Shown in pieces: positions 26,921-42,194 of a stretch of DNA of 64,000 nucleotides (its first letter is position 1; the number at the start of each line of letters is the position of its first letter). Origin of the DNA: Octopus vulgaris (taxonomy: Eukaryota); NCBI GenBank assembly GCA_951406725.2, contig OX597835.1, positions 27,094,001 through 27,158,000 of the forward strand, given 5' to 3'. Below the pieces are notes generated by a model that was not told the DNA's origin, ran no database searches, and worked only from the letters and a program-made list of their open reading frames with translations. Position numbers and translations under genes: made by a program.

Positions 26921-26964
26921 CAAATGACTTGTATATACTCACACATACACCACACACACACACA

Positions 26965-27011
<47 letters not shown>

Positions 27012-27012
27012 G

Positions 27013-27066
<54 letters not shown>

Positions 27067-27533
27067 ATACATATATAAACATTTATGCATACATACACTT
27101 TCTGCAACTTTGCGTAGGTATCGCTCTGAGCAGGCATCGCCTTGACAATTTTCTGTCAAAGTCAATGCAACGAGCACACGCTACACACGTTCCTTCCAAG
27201 CACTGCTGTGAATAGCTGAAGTGAGCTAGAACGTCAAAACTTAATGCACATGCACAACAGAGTCCAAGACCAAGCTGTGCCAAATGGCTTCACTCTGTGT
27301 GCTCTAGCTTCGTTATTTTCCCAACAGTCCGGATACTTATTGATCAGACCCTGTAACGGGCTTTTTGAGTTTCCACCTACCAAATTAACTCAAAAACGTT
27401 TGCCAAAAAGCGGCCCATGGCTATAGCAGAAGAAGACGCTTTTGCCCTAACTGCCATGCAGTGGGACCGAATCCGTAATCATACATACATACACACACAT
27501 ACATACACACACGCCCACACACATACATATATA

Positions 27534-27577
<44 letters not shown>

Positions 27578-27753
27578 GGCTTAGTAAAATAAATTACTTT
27601 GCCACATACTGAACTCATTAGAAATAGCAGCCAAAAAAGTTTTTTAGCTATTTCTAATACTTAAAGAAAGTTTCTCTCAGATAGTGTTTACTCAGAATAA
27701 CCCACGAAGGTATGGGGGTAAAAAACATTAAAAAATCACAAGTGCAAAGATTA

Positions 27754-27816
27754 TTTGAGAACGTTACGTTTCTAGATCAGCCAAATAAAATTCGACATTT
27801 CTTTCGTCAGCCCAAA
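27754..27816 (-). ncRNA. Degenerate type I hammerhead ribozyme motif
   Basis: UUUGGG-CUGACGA-(stem II)-GAAA-CG UAA CG-UU-CUCAAA; first stem II pair is an A-A mismatch. Confidence 0.5.
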
Positions 27817-28054
27817 ATTTCTTAATTTGGATTTGGAAACACTGAAAGTAGGAACATACCCTTTTGGCGACTTAACACCTCAGATGACCCGTTCAAACTG
27901 ACAGAGCCAACAAATTCAAAATATGCAAGCGAAGAATTCCTGCTCTCCCCTTCCACCACGTGGGCTAAACTAGCAAACACCATATTTTAGCGGTGAAAAC
28001 CGAGGCAATAAACAGAGAGAAATGAATTATAATTTCAACAATTGAGGGTTGTTG

Positions 28055-28538
<484 letters not shown>

Positions 28539-28695
28539 TATATGCATAATTTCAAAGTCATATAGTTATACATATCTGATACACGCATTGCATACCTTAC
28601 ATTTATGCAAGAAACGCCTGAGATAAATAATCATTTAAGGGAAAGTTGTTTAGTTCCTCAAGATCCTAGCGGGAATTTTATAAAGAAAGTTACCT

Positions 28696-28867
28696 AGGCG
28701 CAGGAGTGGCTGTATGGTAAGTAGCTTGCTAACCAACCACATGGTTCCGGGTTCAGTCCCACTGCGTGGCATCTTGGGCAAGTGACTTCTGCTAAAGCCC
28801 CGGGCCGACCAAAGCCTTGTGAGTGGATTTGGTAGACGGAAACTGAAAGAAGCCCGTCGTATATATG

Positions 28868-28902
<35 letters not shown>

Positions 28903-29117
28903 TTGTGTGTCTGAGCTTGTCCCCCTAGCATTACTTGACAACCGATGCTGATGTGTTTACGTCCCCGTCACTTAGCGGTTCGGCAAAAGAGACCAATAGA
29001 ATAAGTACTGGGCTTAGAAAGAATATGTCCCGGGGTCGATTTGCTCGACTAAAAGGCGGTCCTCCAGCATGGCCGCAGTCAATGGACTGAAACAAGTAAA
29101 AGAGAGTAAAAGAGAGT
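28696..29117 (+). mobile_element. SINE type A, full length, head-to-head with the previous copy
   Basis: AGGCGCAGGAGTGGCTG...AAAAGAGAGT. Confidence 0.9.
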
Positions 29118-29239
29118 ACCAATGAAATTGTAAAATTCAAGATTCGTTATTCTTGCCAGCAATAATCAATGTCTACAAGTTTAGAGAACTTAGCGGGACT
29201 AGAAGTGTTATGCAACTGGTGGAGGGTTTTTATGAATTC

Positions 29240-30219
29240 GTATATGTATGTATGTATGTGTGTTTGTATGTATGTGTGTGTGTATGTATGTATGTATGTA
29301 TGTATGTATGTATGTATGTATGTATGTATGTATGTATGTATGTATGTGTGTATGTATGTATGTATGTGTGTATTGTGTATGTATGTGTGTATGAATGTAT
29401 GTATGTATGTGTGTGTGCATGTATGTATGTATGTATGAATGTATGTATGTATGTATGTATGTATGTATGTATGTATGTATGTATGTATGTATGTATGTAT
29501 GTATGTATGTATGTATGAATGTATGTATGTATGTATGTATGTATGTATGTATGTATGTATGTATGAATGTATGTATGTATGTATGTATGTATGTATGTAT
29601 GTATGTATGTATGTATGTATGTATGTATGTATGTATGAATGTATGTATGTATGTATGTATGTATGTATGTATGTATGTATGTATGTATGTATGTATGTAT
29701 GTATGAATGTATGTATGTATGTATGTATGTATGAATGTATGTATGTATGTATGTATGTATGTATGTATGTATGTATGTATGTATGAATGTATGTATGTAT
29801 GTATGAATGTATGTATGTATGTATGTATGTATGTATGTATGTATGTATGTGTGTATGTATGTATGTATGTATGTATGTATGTATGTATGTATGTATGTAT
29901 GTATGTATGTATGTATGTATGTATGTATGTATGTATGTATGTATGTATGTATGAATGTATGTATGTATGTATGTATGTATGTATGTATGTATGTATGTAT
30001 GTATGTATGTATGTATGTATGTATGTATGTATGTATGTGTATGTATGTATGTATGTATGTATGTATGTATGTATGTATGTATGTATGTATGTATGTATGT
30101 ATGTATGTATGTATGTATGTATGTATGTATGTATGTATGTATGTATGTATGTATGTATGTATGTATGTATGTATGTATGTATGTATGTATGTATGTATGT
30201 GTGTATGTATGTATGTATG

Positions 30220-30253
<34 letters not shown>

Positions 30254-30341
30254 TGTATGTATGTGTGTATGTATGTATGTATGTATGTATGTATGTATGT
30301 ATGTATGTGTATGTATGTATGTATGTATATATGTATGTATG

Positions 30342-30375
<34 letters not shown>

Positions 30376-30559
30376 TGTGTGTATGTATGTATGTATATAT
30401 ATGTATGTATGTATGTATATATGTATGTATGTATGTATGTATGTGTGTATGTATGTATGTATGTATATAAGTATGTATGTATGTATATAAGTATGTATGT
30501 ATGTATATATGTATGTATGTATGTATGTATGTTTGTATGTGTGTATTAATGTATGTATG

Positions 30560-30593
<34 letters not shown>

Positions 30594-30630
30594 TGTATGT
30601 ATGTATGTATGTGTGTATGTATGTATGTGT
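29240..30630. repeat. ~1.4-kb (TATG)n array
   Basis: Directly visible, with scattered AATG, TG and TA variants. Confidence 0.95.
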
Positions 30631-30734
30631 GTGGATGGGTTGGTGGGGTGTGCATACATTATGCACCTGAAAATATACAAGTATATTTGTATATGCATAT
30701 ATTCAAATATATTATACTCTTATATACTCTAATA

Positions 30735-31105
30735 TACTCTTACTCTTTTACTCTTTTACTTGTTTCAGTCATCTGACTGCGGCCATGCTGGAGCACCGCC
30801 TTTAGTCGAGCAACTCGAGCAACTAGACCCCGGGACTTATTCTTTTTGTAAGCCCAGTACTTATTCTATCGGTCTCTTTTTTGCCGGACCGCTAAGTGAC
30901 GTGAACAAACACAGACACACAAACACACACACATACATATATACGACAGGCTTCTTTCAGTTTCCGTCTACCAAATCCACTCACAAGGCATTGGTCGGCC
31001 CGAGGCTATAGGAGAAGACACTTGCCCAAGATGCCACGCAGTCGGACTGAACCCGGAACCATGTGGTTGGTTAGCAAGCTACTTACCACACAGCCACTCC
31101 TGCGC
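30735..31105 (-). mobile_element. SINE type A
   Basis: Tail to head visible, small internal deletion. Confidence 0.9.
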
Positions 31106-31117
31106 TTATATATATAT

Positions 31118-31482
31118 AGGCGCAGGCGTGGCTGTGTGGTAAGTACCTTAGTTACCAGCCCCACATGGTTTCGGGTTCAGTCCCACTGCGTGGCATCTTG
31201 AGCGAGAGTTCTTTTACTCTAGCCTGGGGCCGACCAAAACCTTGTGATTGGATTTGGTAGACGGAAACTGAAAGATGCCCGTCAGGTGTGTGTGTGTATG
31301 TATGTCTGTGTATGTCTGTGTTTGTCCCCCTACCATCGCTTTGATAACCGAATTTGGGCAAAAGAAACCGATAGAATAAGTTCTAGGCTTACAAAGAATA
31401 AGTCCTGGGCGTTGATTTGTTCGACTAAAGGTGGTGCTCCAGCATGGCCGCAGTGAAATGACTGAAACAAATGAAAGAATAA
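31118..31482 (+). mobile_element. SINE type A, inverted head-to-head partner
   Basis: Separated from the previous copy only by a short (TA)n. Confidence 0.9.
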
Positions 31483-31485
31483 AAC

Positions 31486-31557
<72 letters not shown>

Positions 31558-31949
31558 TGTGTTTGTGTGTTGTGTGTGTGTGTGCGTGTGTACACATACA
31601 TAGGCACACGTACACATATACACTCGCACATACACACACACATCAATTCGAAACCCTTACTCATTCATGTCTGCAATCTTGAATCGATTTACAATTTCCA
31701 CTCACTAGCCGGAACTTAGCTGCGTATTCCTTATGCAGACGGAACTCTCTCGGAGATTTCTCTGTCAAGCACACACGCACGCACGCATGTACACACGCAC
31801 ACACACACCCATACACGCACACACACACACGCATGTACATATGCACGCACACATATACATACACACGCGCACATATACATACGCGCACGCACACACACAC
31901 ATGTACATACACACGTACCATATACATACATATAAGGCTCCTTGACAAT

Positions 31950-32175
31950 AAGGCTTTTTAGCCCCAGGTCACCACATCTTGAGCAGTGCTACGATCAAAA
32001 CTATTCCAGTCACAACTATCCGTCTTCATTTTTATTTATTTGTCGTTTCCCATATTTCTCCACGGCTATGGTTACGGTGGAATACATTGTCCAATGTCTT
32101 CCATAGCAAGACTGCCGGGTGATTCGTAATGGGGAATTTAGGTGTTGTTTCTAGCAGGTCGAGCGACCACTTTCA
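31950..32175 (+). mobile_element. Old unclassified interspersed repeat
   Basis: Motif like TTTCTAGCAGGTCGAGCGACC recurs in degenerate form near 36400-36430, 45645-45680 and 57380-57415. Confidence 0.4.
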
Positions 32176-32236
32176 GGTTTCTTTGTTGTCCCGAACGGCA
32201 TGTTCTTAGTGGTTATCGATGCATGTGTGCGTACGC

Positions 32237-32275
<39 letters not shown>

Positions 32276-32292
32276 TGTGTGTGTGTTTGTGT

Positions 32293-32341
<49 letters not shown>

Positions 32342-32487
32342 AGATTGCTAGGTAGACAGACAGGTAGGCAGACAGACAAACAGACGGAGTAGTTGATAGA
32401 TGAATTGATAGAGAGATAGCTAGATTGATTAGAATGATTTATATATGTGTATAGATGATAGATAGGCAGACTGCTAGAGAGATAGAC

Positions 32488-32624
<137 letters not shown>

Positions 32625-33816
32625 CACAAACATTAAGAGAGAGAGAGAGAGAGAGAGAAATAGCGAGAGCGAGAAAGACGGCAAGAAAGATAGTAGAGAG
32701 GTGTGAGATTATAAAACGTATATGCATTGCTCACCTTCCTCTCTCTCCTCCCACTACTACTGCAATGCCCACTATTACCTCCACCGTTACGACAATATTA
32801 ATGTCTGTACCGAGTTCTTAGCCAAACTCCACTTTAGACAGACGAACAAGCGAGTAGATAGATCCTCCCTTTCTCTTTCTTTATATCTTTGCCTCTCTCT
32901 TTCTCTTTCCCTCTCCCTCTCTTTCACACACGCGTACACTCTCTCTTTCTATCCCTCACTTTCTCGCCTCTATCACTAACTCCTTCATCACAGACAAACA
33001 TACACTCAAGGTGCAGCAGTACCAGTCGTATTTTTACAGACGACAAATTTATTAAACAAAAAAAACTCACTTAAAACAGATAACAAACATACAAAAAAGG
33101 TTAGTGTTTCTTTATTCTTCGTCTTCTTATATTTTCAATCTTTGTTCTGTCAAAAATTATTTCATTAATTTTGTCTCAAATACTTTCATTCTCTGTTCCT
33201 CAGTCAAATTTTTACCTTTATTCTGCCATTTTTCCCCTTTTTTTAAAAATTTTCTGTTCGCTATTTTTTACTCAAAGACTTTCGTTCTGTTCCTCAGTAA
33301 AATTTTACCTTTATTCTACCATTTCTTTCCTTCTTTCTTTCTTCTAATATTCTTCCTGTTCTTTCCTTATTTTCTGAGATTTTTTTTGTAATTCTATTTA
33401 TATTTTTTATATTTTGATTTTTCTCAGTGAAAATGTAACAAAAATAATCAAAATTGAAGAAAATAATGTAAAAATTGTAAAAATATTTTCTTTCTTAAAA
33501 CATTTTATAGATATCTCTATTGTTTGTCTGGGCTTTTGTTTGCGGCTTGTTTTCGCTCATGTGTGTATATGAATATATATAAGTTTATTTGTATGCATGT
33601 AATGTATAAGTGTTTATATATGTGTGTGTATGTATATGTGTATGCGCGCGTGTGTATGAATATCTATATATTGATATAGATATATGTATACCTATAAATA
33701 TATATGTGTGTATGTATATGCAAATGTGTGAGGGTTCGCGAACTACAATCCAACACGCTTACTTTTAGAAATACACACACACACACATGCACACACACAT
33801 ACACACATACACACAC

Positions 33817-33895
<79 letters not shown>

Positions 33896-33911
33896 CAGAC
33901 AGATAGTTAGC

Positions 33912-33989
<78 letters not shown>

Positions 33990-34579
33990 CTCATACATAT
34001 ATATAGGCATGAATATATACATACATGAAAGATATATCTATAAACATACAAACGTGTGTGCGTGTGTGTGTGTGTGTGTGTAATATTCATGTTATCTAAT
34101 TTAGAATTGTATGTAAGATTGCTTGTGCGTACGTATGTATGTACGCATCTGTGTATGTGTGTAAGTATGCGTGCATGTATGTATGTATGTGTGTGCGTTT
34201 CGCCGGGTATATATATTGCTCAATGTTTAGCGAATATGCGAACAATGGAGCGCACAGCACCGGCCTCGCCGCCGCCGCCGCCAAGGAATATCGTGGTCCA
34301 CCGTCAAATGTCCAATTTCGCGTCTTCAGCCTCATTATGGAATCCTCTTCCCTTTACAAAGGGTTCTTTTGTCCCCGCTCAAATATATCAGACCACCGAT
34401 TTTGTTAGGGCTTCGTAAGGATTACAACGATGTGCTAGCGCGCGCGCGTGCGTGTATGTGTGTGTGTGTGTCTGTGTGTGCGTTTGTGTGTGTGTGTACG
34501 TGTGTTTGTGTACGTGTGTGTGTTTGTCTGTGTGTGTGCGTGTGTGTGTGTGTGTGTATGTGTTTGTCTGTGTGTACGT

Positions 34580-34619
<40 letters not shown>

Positions 34620-34681
34620 AGCTATTAATATGTATATGTAATAAGCCGCTGCGAGTTATGTGCACGTGTGTGTGTGTGTGT

Positions 34682-34728
<47 letters not shown>

Positions 34729-35155
34729 TGTGCGCGATATGTGCAAGTTAATATGTGTATGTATGAGCAGCTATGAGGACGACTGCGTGTGTGTGTGTGT
34801 GCGCGCGCGCGTGTGTGTGTATGGCTATTAGTGTGTAGATGTAGTAAGCCGGTGCGCGTTTATATGTGCACGTGTGTGTGTGAGTGGCATGTATAAGTTT
34901 ATGTATATGTATGTGCAGCTATGAGGAAAATTGTGTGTATGTATGTGTGCCTCTGTGTGTGCGTATGTGTGTGCATGTGTGTGTGTGTGTGTGGCTACTA
35001 GTGTGTAGATGTAGTAAGCCGCTACTCGTTTATGTGTGCACGTGTGTGTGTGTGTGTGTGAGTGTGAGCGGCATGTGTAAGTATATGTATATATGTATGT
35101 GTAGCTATGAGTGCGTATCTAATAAGCCGATATGTGTTTATGTGTGCACGTGTAT
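34620..35155. repeat. Cryptic tandem repeat (~170-200 bp unit) within (TG)n
   Basis: GCTA..TAAGCCG..TGTGCACGTG anchors near 34621, 34823, 34993 and 35103. Confidence 0.75.
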
Positions 35156-35654
35156 GCGTCTGTGTGCGTGTGTGTGTGTGTGTGTGTGCATGTGTGTGTG
35201 TGTTTGTGTGTATGCTGCATGTGTAAGGGTACGAGTGAATTAATGTATATATATATATATATATATAAGGGGTGGGGAGTATAAGGGTATATGCGTGTAA
35301 GCCAATGTACTTTTAAACGTGTTCACTTGTGTGTGTGTGTGTGTGTTCGTGTGTGTGTATATGCGTAAATGTGGCTACGAGTGTGCGTGTGTGTGTGTGT
35401 GTGTGTGAATATTATTATGTATATGTGCATGCCTAGGTGCGTTCAGGCGTGCACATGTGTGAGTCTGTGTGTGTGTGTATGTGTGCATATATAAATGTCA
35501 ATGTGAGGTTATGTGTGTGTGTGTGTGTGAGTGCGTGAGTGTATGTGTGTATGTTCGCGTGTGCTTGGAATATTTGTGTTTGTGTGTGTTTTGTGTGTGT
35601 ATGAAAGTGTTATATTCGCATGTGTGTGCGTGTGTATGTGTATGCATGTTGGTG

Positions 35655-35688
<34 letters not shown>

Positions 35689-36017
35689 TTTGTATGACCG
35701 GACTTGTGTGTGTGTGTGCGTGTATGCATCTCAATCCCCTCTTCCCTCTCTCTTCCTCCTCCTCCCATCTCTCTAATTCTCTCCAGTTCCCACTCTCTCA
35801 TTCTCTCTCTCTATCTCTTCCTCTCGTATTTCTCTCTCCATATTCGCTTCTCTGTGTGTCTGCGTGTGTATCTGTGTGTGTGTGTGTGTGCGAGTATGTC
35901 GCCATTCACTGTTACTGTGCATGTGTGTGTGTGTGTGTGAGTACTTTGTATGTGCGTGCATATTTGTATGTGTGTGCGCGCGCGCGTGTGTGTGTGTGTG
36001 TATCGGTGCTGCTACCC

Positions 36018-36067
<50 letters not shown>

Positions 36068-36772
36068 GTTGAAAGCATGTATGTGTACGTCCATGCTCGC
36101 GTGTTGGTGAGAGTGCGCTCTTGTGCATGTGCGTGTATGTGCGTGTGTGTATGTGTGAGTTGTGTGCTTGTGTGTTTGGGGGTGTGTATGTGTATGTAAG
36201 CGCGTGTGTGTGTATGTGTGTATGTGTCTGTGTGTCTGTGTGTGCGCGTATATGCACTATTAGTTGTTACCTTTGTTTAAAACCCGCTCGTCCCCGATCA
36301 AGCATATCTATTCTCAGGGCGATTCCATCCGTGACCCTCCCATCTTTTTTTTACGTAACATATATAATTTAATACATTCTCTGTGATATGTGGTGGGGAG
36401 ACTTAGCTGCTATTTTCAGCATACCGGGCGAACGCATAAAAGCTCCCTCGTTAGCGCTTTGGCTGAGGATAACTTGTGTGTATATGTATGTGTGAGTGTG
36501 CGTGAGTGTGTGTGTGTGTGTAAGTGTGTGAGTGTGTGTGTGTGTGAATTTAAGTGGATATTTCTATCTCTTAGGATATGTGTGTGTGTGGCTGTATATA
36601 TGTATGTGAGCGTATGTGTGTGTGTGTTTTTGTGTATGTATATATATATATATATTTCTGTGTGTGTATGTATGTGTGTGTATGTGTGTATGTCTGTGTA
36701 TGTGTGTAAAAGCGTGTTTATAATTGAAGGGGTAGCTCTCTGTATGTGTGTGTGTATGTGCATGTGTGAAAG

Positions 36773-36807
<35 letters not shown>

Positions 36808-36903
36808 ACGTCCGTACATACTTTAACTCCGTGTGTAAGCGCGTGTATATGTGCATGTTTACAGGGACGTCTATGCTTGCGCTTCTGTACGTGTATGCGC
36901 GCG

Positions 36904-36988
<85 letters not shown>

Positions 36989-37334
36989 TTTCCTGCCGGT
37001 CTATACGTGTGATCTACCTGTCTATCCGTCGCTCTATGTCCGAGTCTGTGTGTGTAAGTAAGAGAGAGGGACAGACAGACAGGCAGACAGAAAGTGCGTG
37101 TGTCTCTTCTGTGTGTGTGTGTGAGAGAGAGAGAGAAGGAGAGGGAGAGGGAGAGAATGTGTGTGCTTATGCTTCTGTATGTGTGTCTCTGTGTATAATC
37201 CAAGACTTGCCTTCAAACTCTTCCTAGGACTATTCGCCGGTTTCCTTATATATTGCAGTTCGATTTTCAACCATGAATTTCTTTCTTTACATTATACTTT
37301 ATTTCTGTCTCTCTTTTCCCTTCATTTTTTATCA

Positions 37335-37761
<427 letters not shown>

Positions 37762-39346
37762 CGTCTGTCTTTCATTTTCTCTATCGCTTTTAAGTTATTT
37801 TCTCTTTTTCTTTCTTTTCCTATATCTCATACTATTTTTTTTTTCATTCTCCTTGAATTATTTCTTCCTGCTTTCCTTCTTTCCCTCGTTCATTCTGAAG
37901 TTATTTTTCTTTCTTTCGGCTTTCGGTCGTTCTTTTTGGTTTTAATTCTTTCACCCCTTTTTTCTTTTTCATCCAGTTATTCTTTCTTTCATTCCTTCTT
38001 TCCTTTTCATTCTTTCTTTCTTTCTTTCATTCTTTCTTTCTTTCATTCTTTCTTTCATTCTTTCGTTCTTTCATTTTTCTTCTATCCATTATTAACTCGT
38101 TTCCTTTTCCTTTCTCTTTCCTTCTTTCTCTCATTCTTTCCTTCTTTTTTATTCTTTCTTTATTTCATTCATTCTTTCATTCTTTTTCGTTCTTTCTTTC
38201 ATTCTGTCTTTTGTTCTTTCTTTCTTTCTTTCTTTCTTTCATTCATTCTTTCTTTCATTCTTTCTTTCTTTCATCCTTTTTATTCATTATTAATTCTTTC
38301 CTTCTTTTCTCTCCCCTTTTTCTTTTATTCTTTCATTCCTTCTCTCTTTCGTTCTTCCTATCCATTCACTCATTCTTCCCCTTCTTTCTTTCATCCCTTA
38401 TTTCCTTCGATCTTTCTTCCATTATTCTTTCTACTTTTTCTTTAACTCTTTCATTTTTCTTTCCCTTTCTTTCATTCCTCCTTTCATTTTCTCCCTTTAC
38501 TTCCTTCGTTCATTCAAACGTTCTTTATTTCCTTCATTCCTTCATCAGTTTCTCTCTTTCTATCTCGCTTTCTATCACTATTTAACTTCTTTATTCCCAT
38601 CCACCCCTTTTCATTCATTCTTTCATTCGCATCTTTTTGTTTCTTTCTTTTAAATTCCTTCATCATTTGCTTTTTCATTCTTCTCATTCAAGTTATGTAA
38701 AAATGAATTTGAATAAGATTCAGTTTCTTTTTTCTTCAGTGTCCCTATGTGTATGTATGTGTGTGGGAATGATAATATATGTATGTGTGAATGTGTGTGT
38801 ATGTGTGCATGTGTGCGTGCATTTGTGTGTATATGTGTGTATGCATGTGTGTGTGTGCGAATGATAATATGTGTGTGTGAATGTGCGCGTGTGTGTGTGT
38901 GCATGTGTGTGTGCGCATGTCCGTGCGTAGGTATTTGCATGTTCATCTGTGTGTGCATGTGTATCTGTGCATGTGTGTGTGCGAGTGATAATATGTGTGT
39001 GTGTGAATGTGCATGCTTGTGTGCATGTGTGTGCATGTGTGTGCATGTGTGTGTGCATGTGTGTACATGTGTGTGTGCATGTGTGTGCATGTGTGTGTGC
39101 ATGTGTGTGTACGAGTAATAATATATGTGTGTGTGAATGTGCGTGTGTGTGTGAGCATGTGTATGTGCATGTATGCGTGTGTGTGAGGGATAACATATGT
39201 GCGTGTGTGTGTGTGTGTGTGTGAATGTGTGCATGTATGAGTGTGTGTGTGTGTGTGTGTGCGGGTGATAATATGCTTGTATGTGTGCATATACACGTGA
39301 ATGGGTTTCTGCGTATACGCATGTGTGCGTGAGTGATTCCCTGTGA

Positions 39347-39414
<68 letters not shown>

Positions 39415-39654
39415 GATGAGACATGCATGCTTTTACACCCATTCATTACTGGTTACAGCCATTGCATTCCAACCATGCTGGAGCAATCCTTCTTGCTTCT
39501 TTTGTGTCCATTTTGTTGAACGCAATAGTTTCAGTCTGGCATGAGATTTATCGATCTTCAATTATCGAACAGCTTAGTCTACGGGACGTGGCGAGACACC
39601 GGTTATTAAAACAGTGTAAACATTAAACAGCAAATATATATATACACATGTGTC

Positions 39655-39692
<38 letters not shown>

Positions 39693-39994
39693 CATATATG
39701 TGTGTATTTATATGTGCGTGTATATATATATATATATATATATATGAACATGTACACACACACACATACACACGAATGCGGAAATATCCTAACATGCACA
39801 CAAGGCCATAGAAGAAATTTGCCGAAGGTACCGCGCGAAGGAATCGAACGCGGAACCACTGGATTGCGTAACGAATTTTTTAATAACACAGCGATATAAC
39901 ATACACTCACACACACACGAATGCACGCACGCACACATACACACATTCACATACATGTATATACGTATATACCTGTATTCAAAAGTATATATGT

Positions 39995-40072
<78 letters not shown>

Positions 40073-40126
40073 TTACAAATATATACGCACACATACGCTT
40101 AAGGCTGTATATTTACATATAAATAG

Positions 40127-40220
<94 letters not shown>

Positions 40221-40240
40221 CTATATATATACATATATGC

Positions 40241-40360
<120 letters not shown>

Positions 40361-40809
40361 CTATTTATGTGTGAATGTGTGTGAATTCTTGTGTATTCTA
40401 ATTTTATTTCTAAAAATTACTCACCAATAGAAGAGAAGCCAGTTTCGAACAAAAAGCTTGGCATTTTCTTCGGAATTACATGTGCGCGAGCGTTTGTGTG
40501 TGTGTGTATGTGTGTGTGTGAGCGCGCGCATATACACGTTGTACGCGCGTATGCATATATGCGTGTATGCCCGTATGCATCTATGTGCGCGTCAATCAGC
40601 CAATATCACAATGCCCATTATATGTGTGCAATAAATTACCAGCTTATATCTTTAAGAATTGGATTTCCTCTCCTTCTGCCATTTCTCTGTGTGGTGCCTG
40701 TGTGCTAAAATGCATGCATATGTGTGCATTTACACACACACACACACATGCACACACATATATGTATGCGTATATATATATCATATATATATATATCATA
40801 TATATATAT

Positions 40810-40892
<83 letters not shown>

Positions 40893-41506
40893 CACATATA
40901 TATATACATAAACAGGCACATATATGCATATATATATATGTGTGTGTGTGTGCATGTATGTTTGTGAGTGCATGAGTATGTGCACATGCATGTGCGACTG
41001 TGCACGTGTGTTGTCTATTACGTTCTCTGCCTGTGCAATATTTGATATTTTGATATCCCCCCTCTCTCTCTCTCTCTCTCGTCAAAAATCTTTTATGTTC
41101 ACCCCTACCCACCCTTCCACCCTTCCACCCTTCTCATTCTCCACTTTTATTGTCTTTTTTTCCTTTTTTTTTCTTCTTTTTCCTCAGTTTTCACTTTCTG
41201 CTCTTTTTACATTCTCTCTTTCTTTCCTTCTTTTTTATTACGTACTTCTTTGTCTTCCCTGCTTTAATTCTTTTACTCTATCTATTTCCCCTTTTCTCTC
41301 TCTCTCTCTCTCTCCCTCCCTCCTCCACCTCCTTCCCTCTCCATTTATCTATCTATCTCTCATTCCCTCTCTCTCTCTCTTTCTCCCCCCTTCCCACACG
41401 CATACCCATCTGTTCACTTTTACTTTCCTTTTAGCGATCTAAATTAACAGATCCTATCTATATTCAATCATACTCTCCCATTCGCATATATACATATATA
41501 TGTATG

Positions 41507-41583
<77 letters not shown>

Positions 41584-41764
41584 CTATATATATATATATA
41601 CACATATATATATATATACATACATAAACATGTATATATATACATATATACACATATATACCTATATACACACATATATATATACATACATACACATATG
41701 CATATGTATATACATATATGTGTACGCGTGTATATATATATAACTATATATATATATGTATATA

Positions 41765-41847
<83 letters not shown>

Positions 41848-42194
41848 TCAAACGTTAATAGACTTAAGAAAATGGTTATTATAAACTAAACAATAAAGGA
41901 CTAATAAAGTAATGTGAGAGATAATTAATAAAAATGATTAAACTCGAACACAGTCGTGCTTTTAATAAAACGGACACATGTATGTTTTTATGTGTGTGTG
42001 TTGCCCGTGTATGTATGTATGTATGTATGTATGTATGTATGTATGTATGTATGTATGTATGTATGTATGTATCTGTATACGCACATGTAGTTGTAAGTGT
42101 TAGTACGTATGAATTATGCAGGCCACGTTCATAATTAAACACTAAATGCAGTGAAAGATGAGAGAAAATATATTGTATCTCTGAAAGAACATTA

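Noticed and set aside
29147-30666. 500-aa (HTYI)n ORFs
   Set aside because: Entirely the (TATG)n array
32990-33105. Possible non-coding exon ending AAG|GTTAGT after GA/CT-rich sequence
   Set aside because: Donor alone is insufficient; no clear acceptor or start
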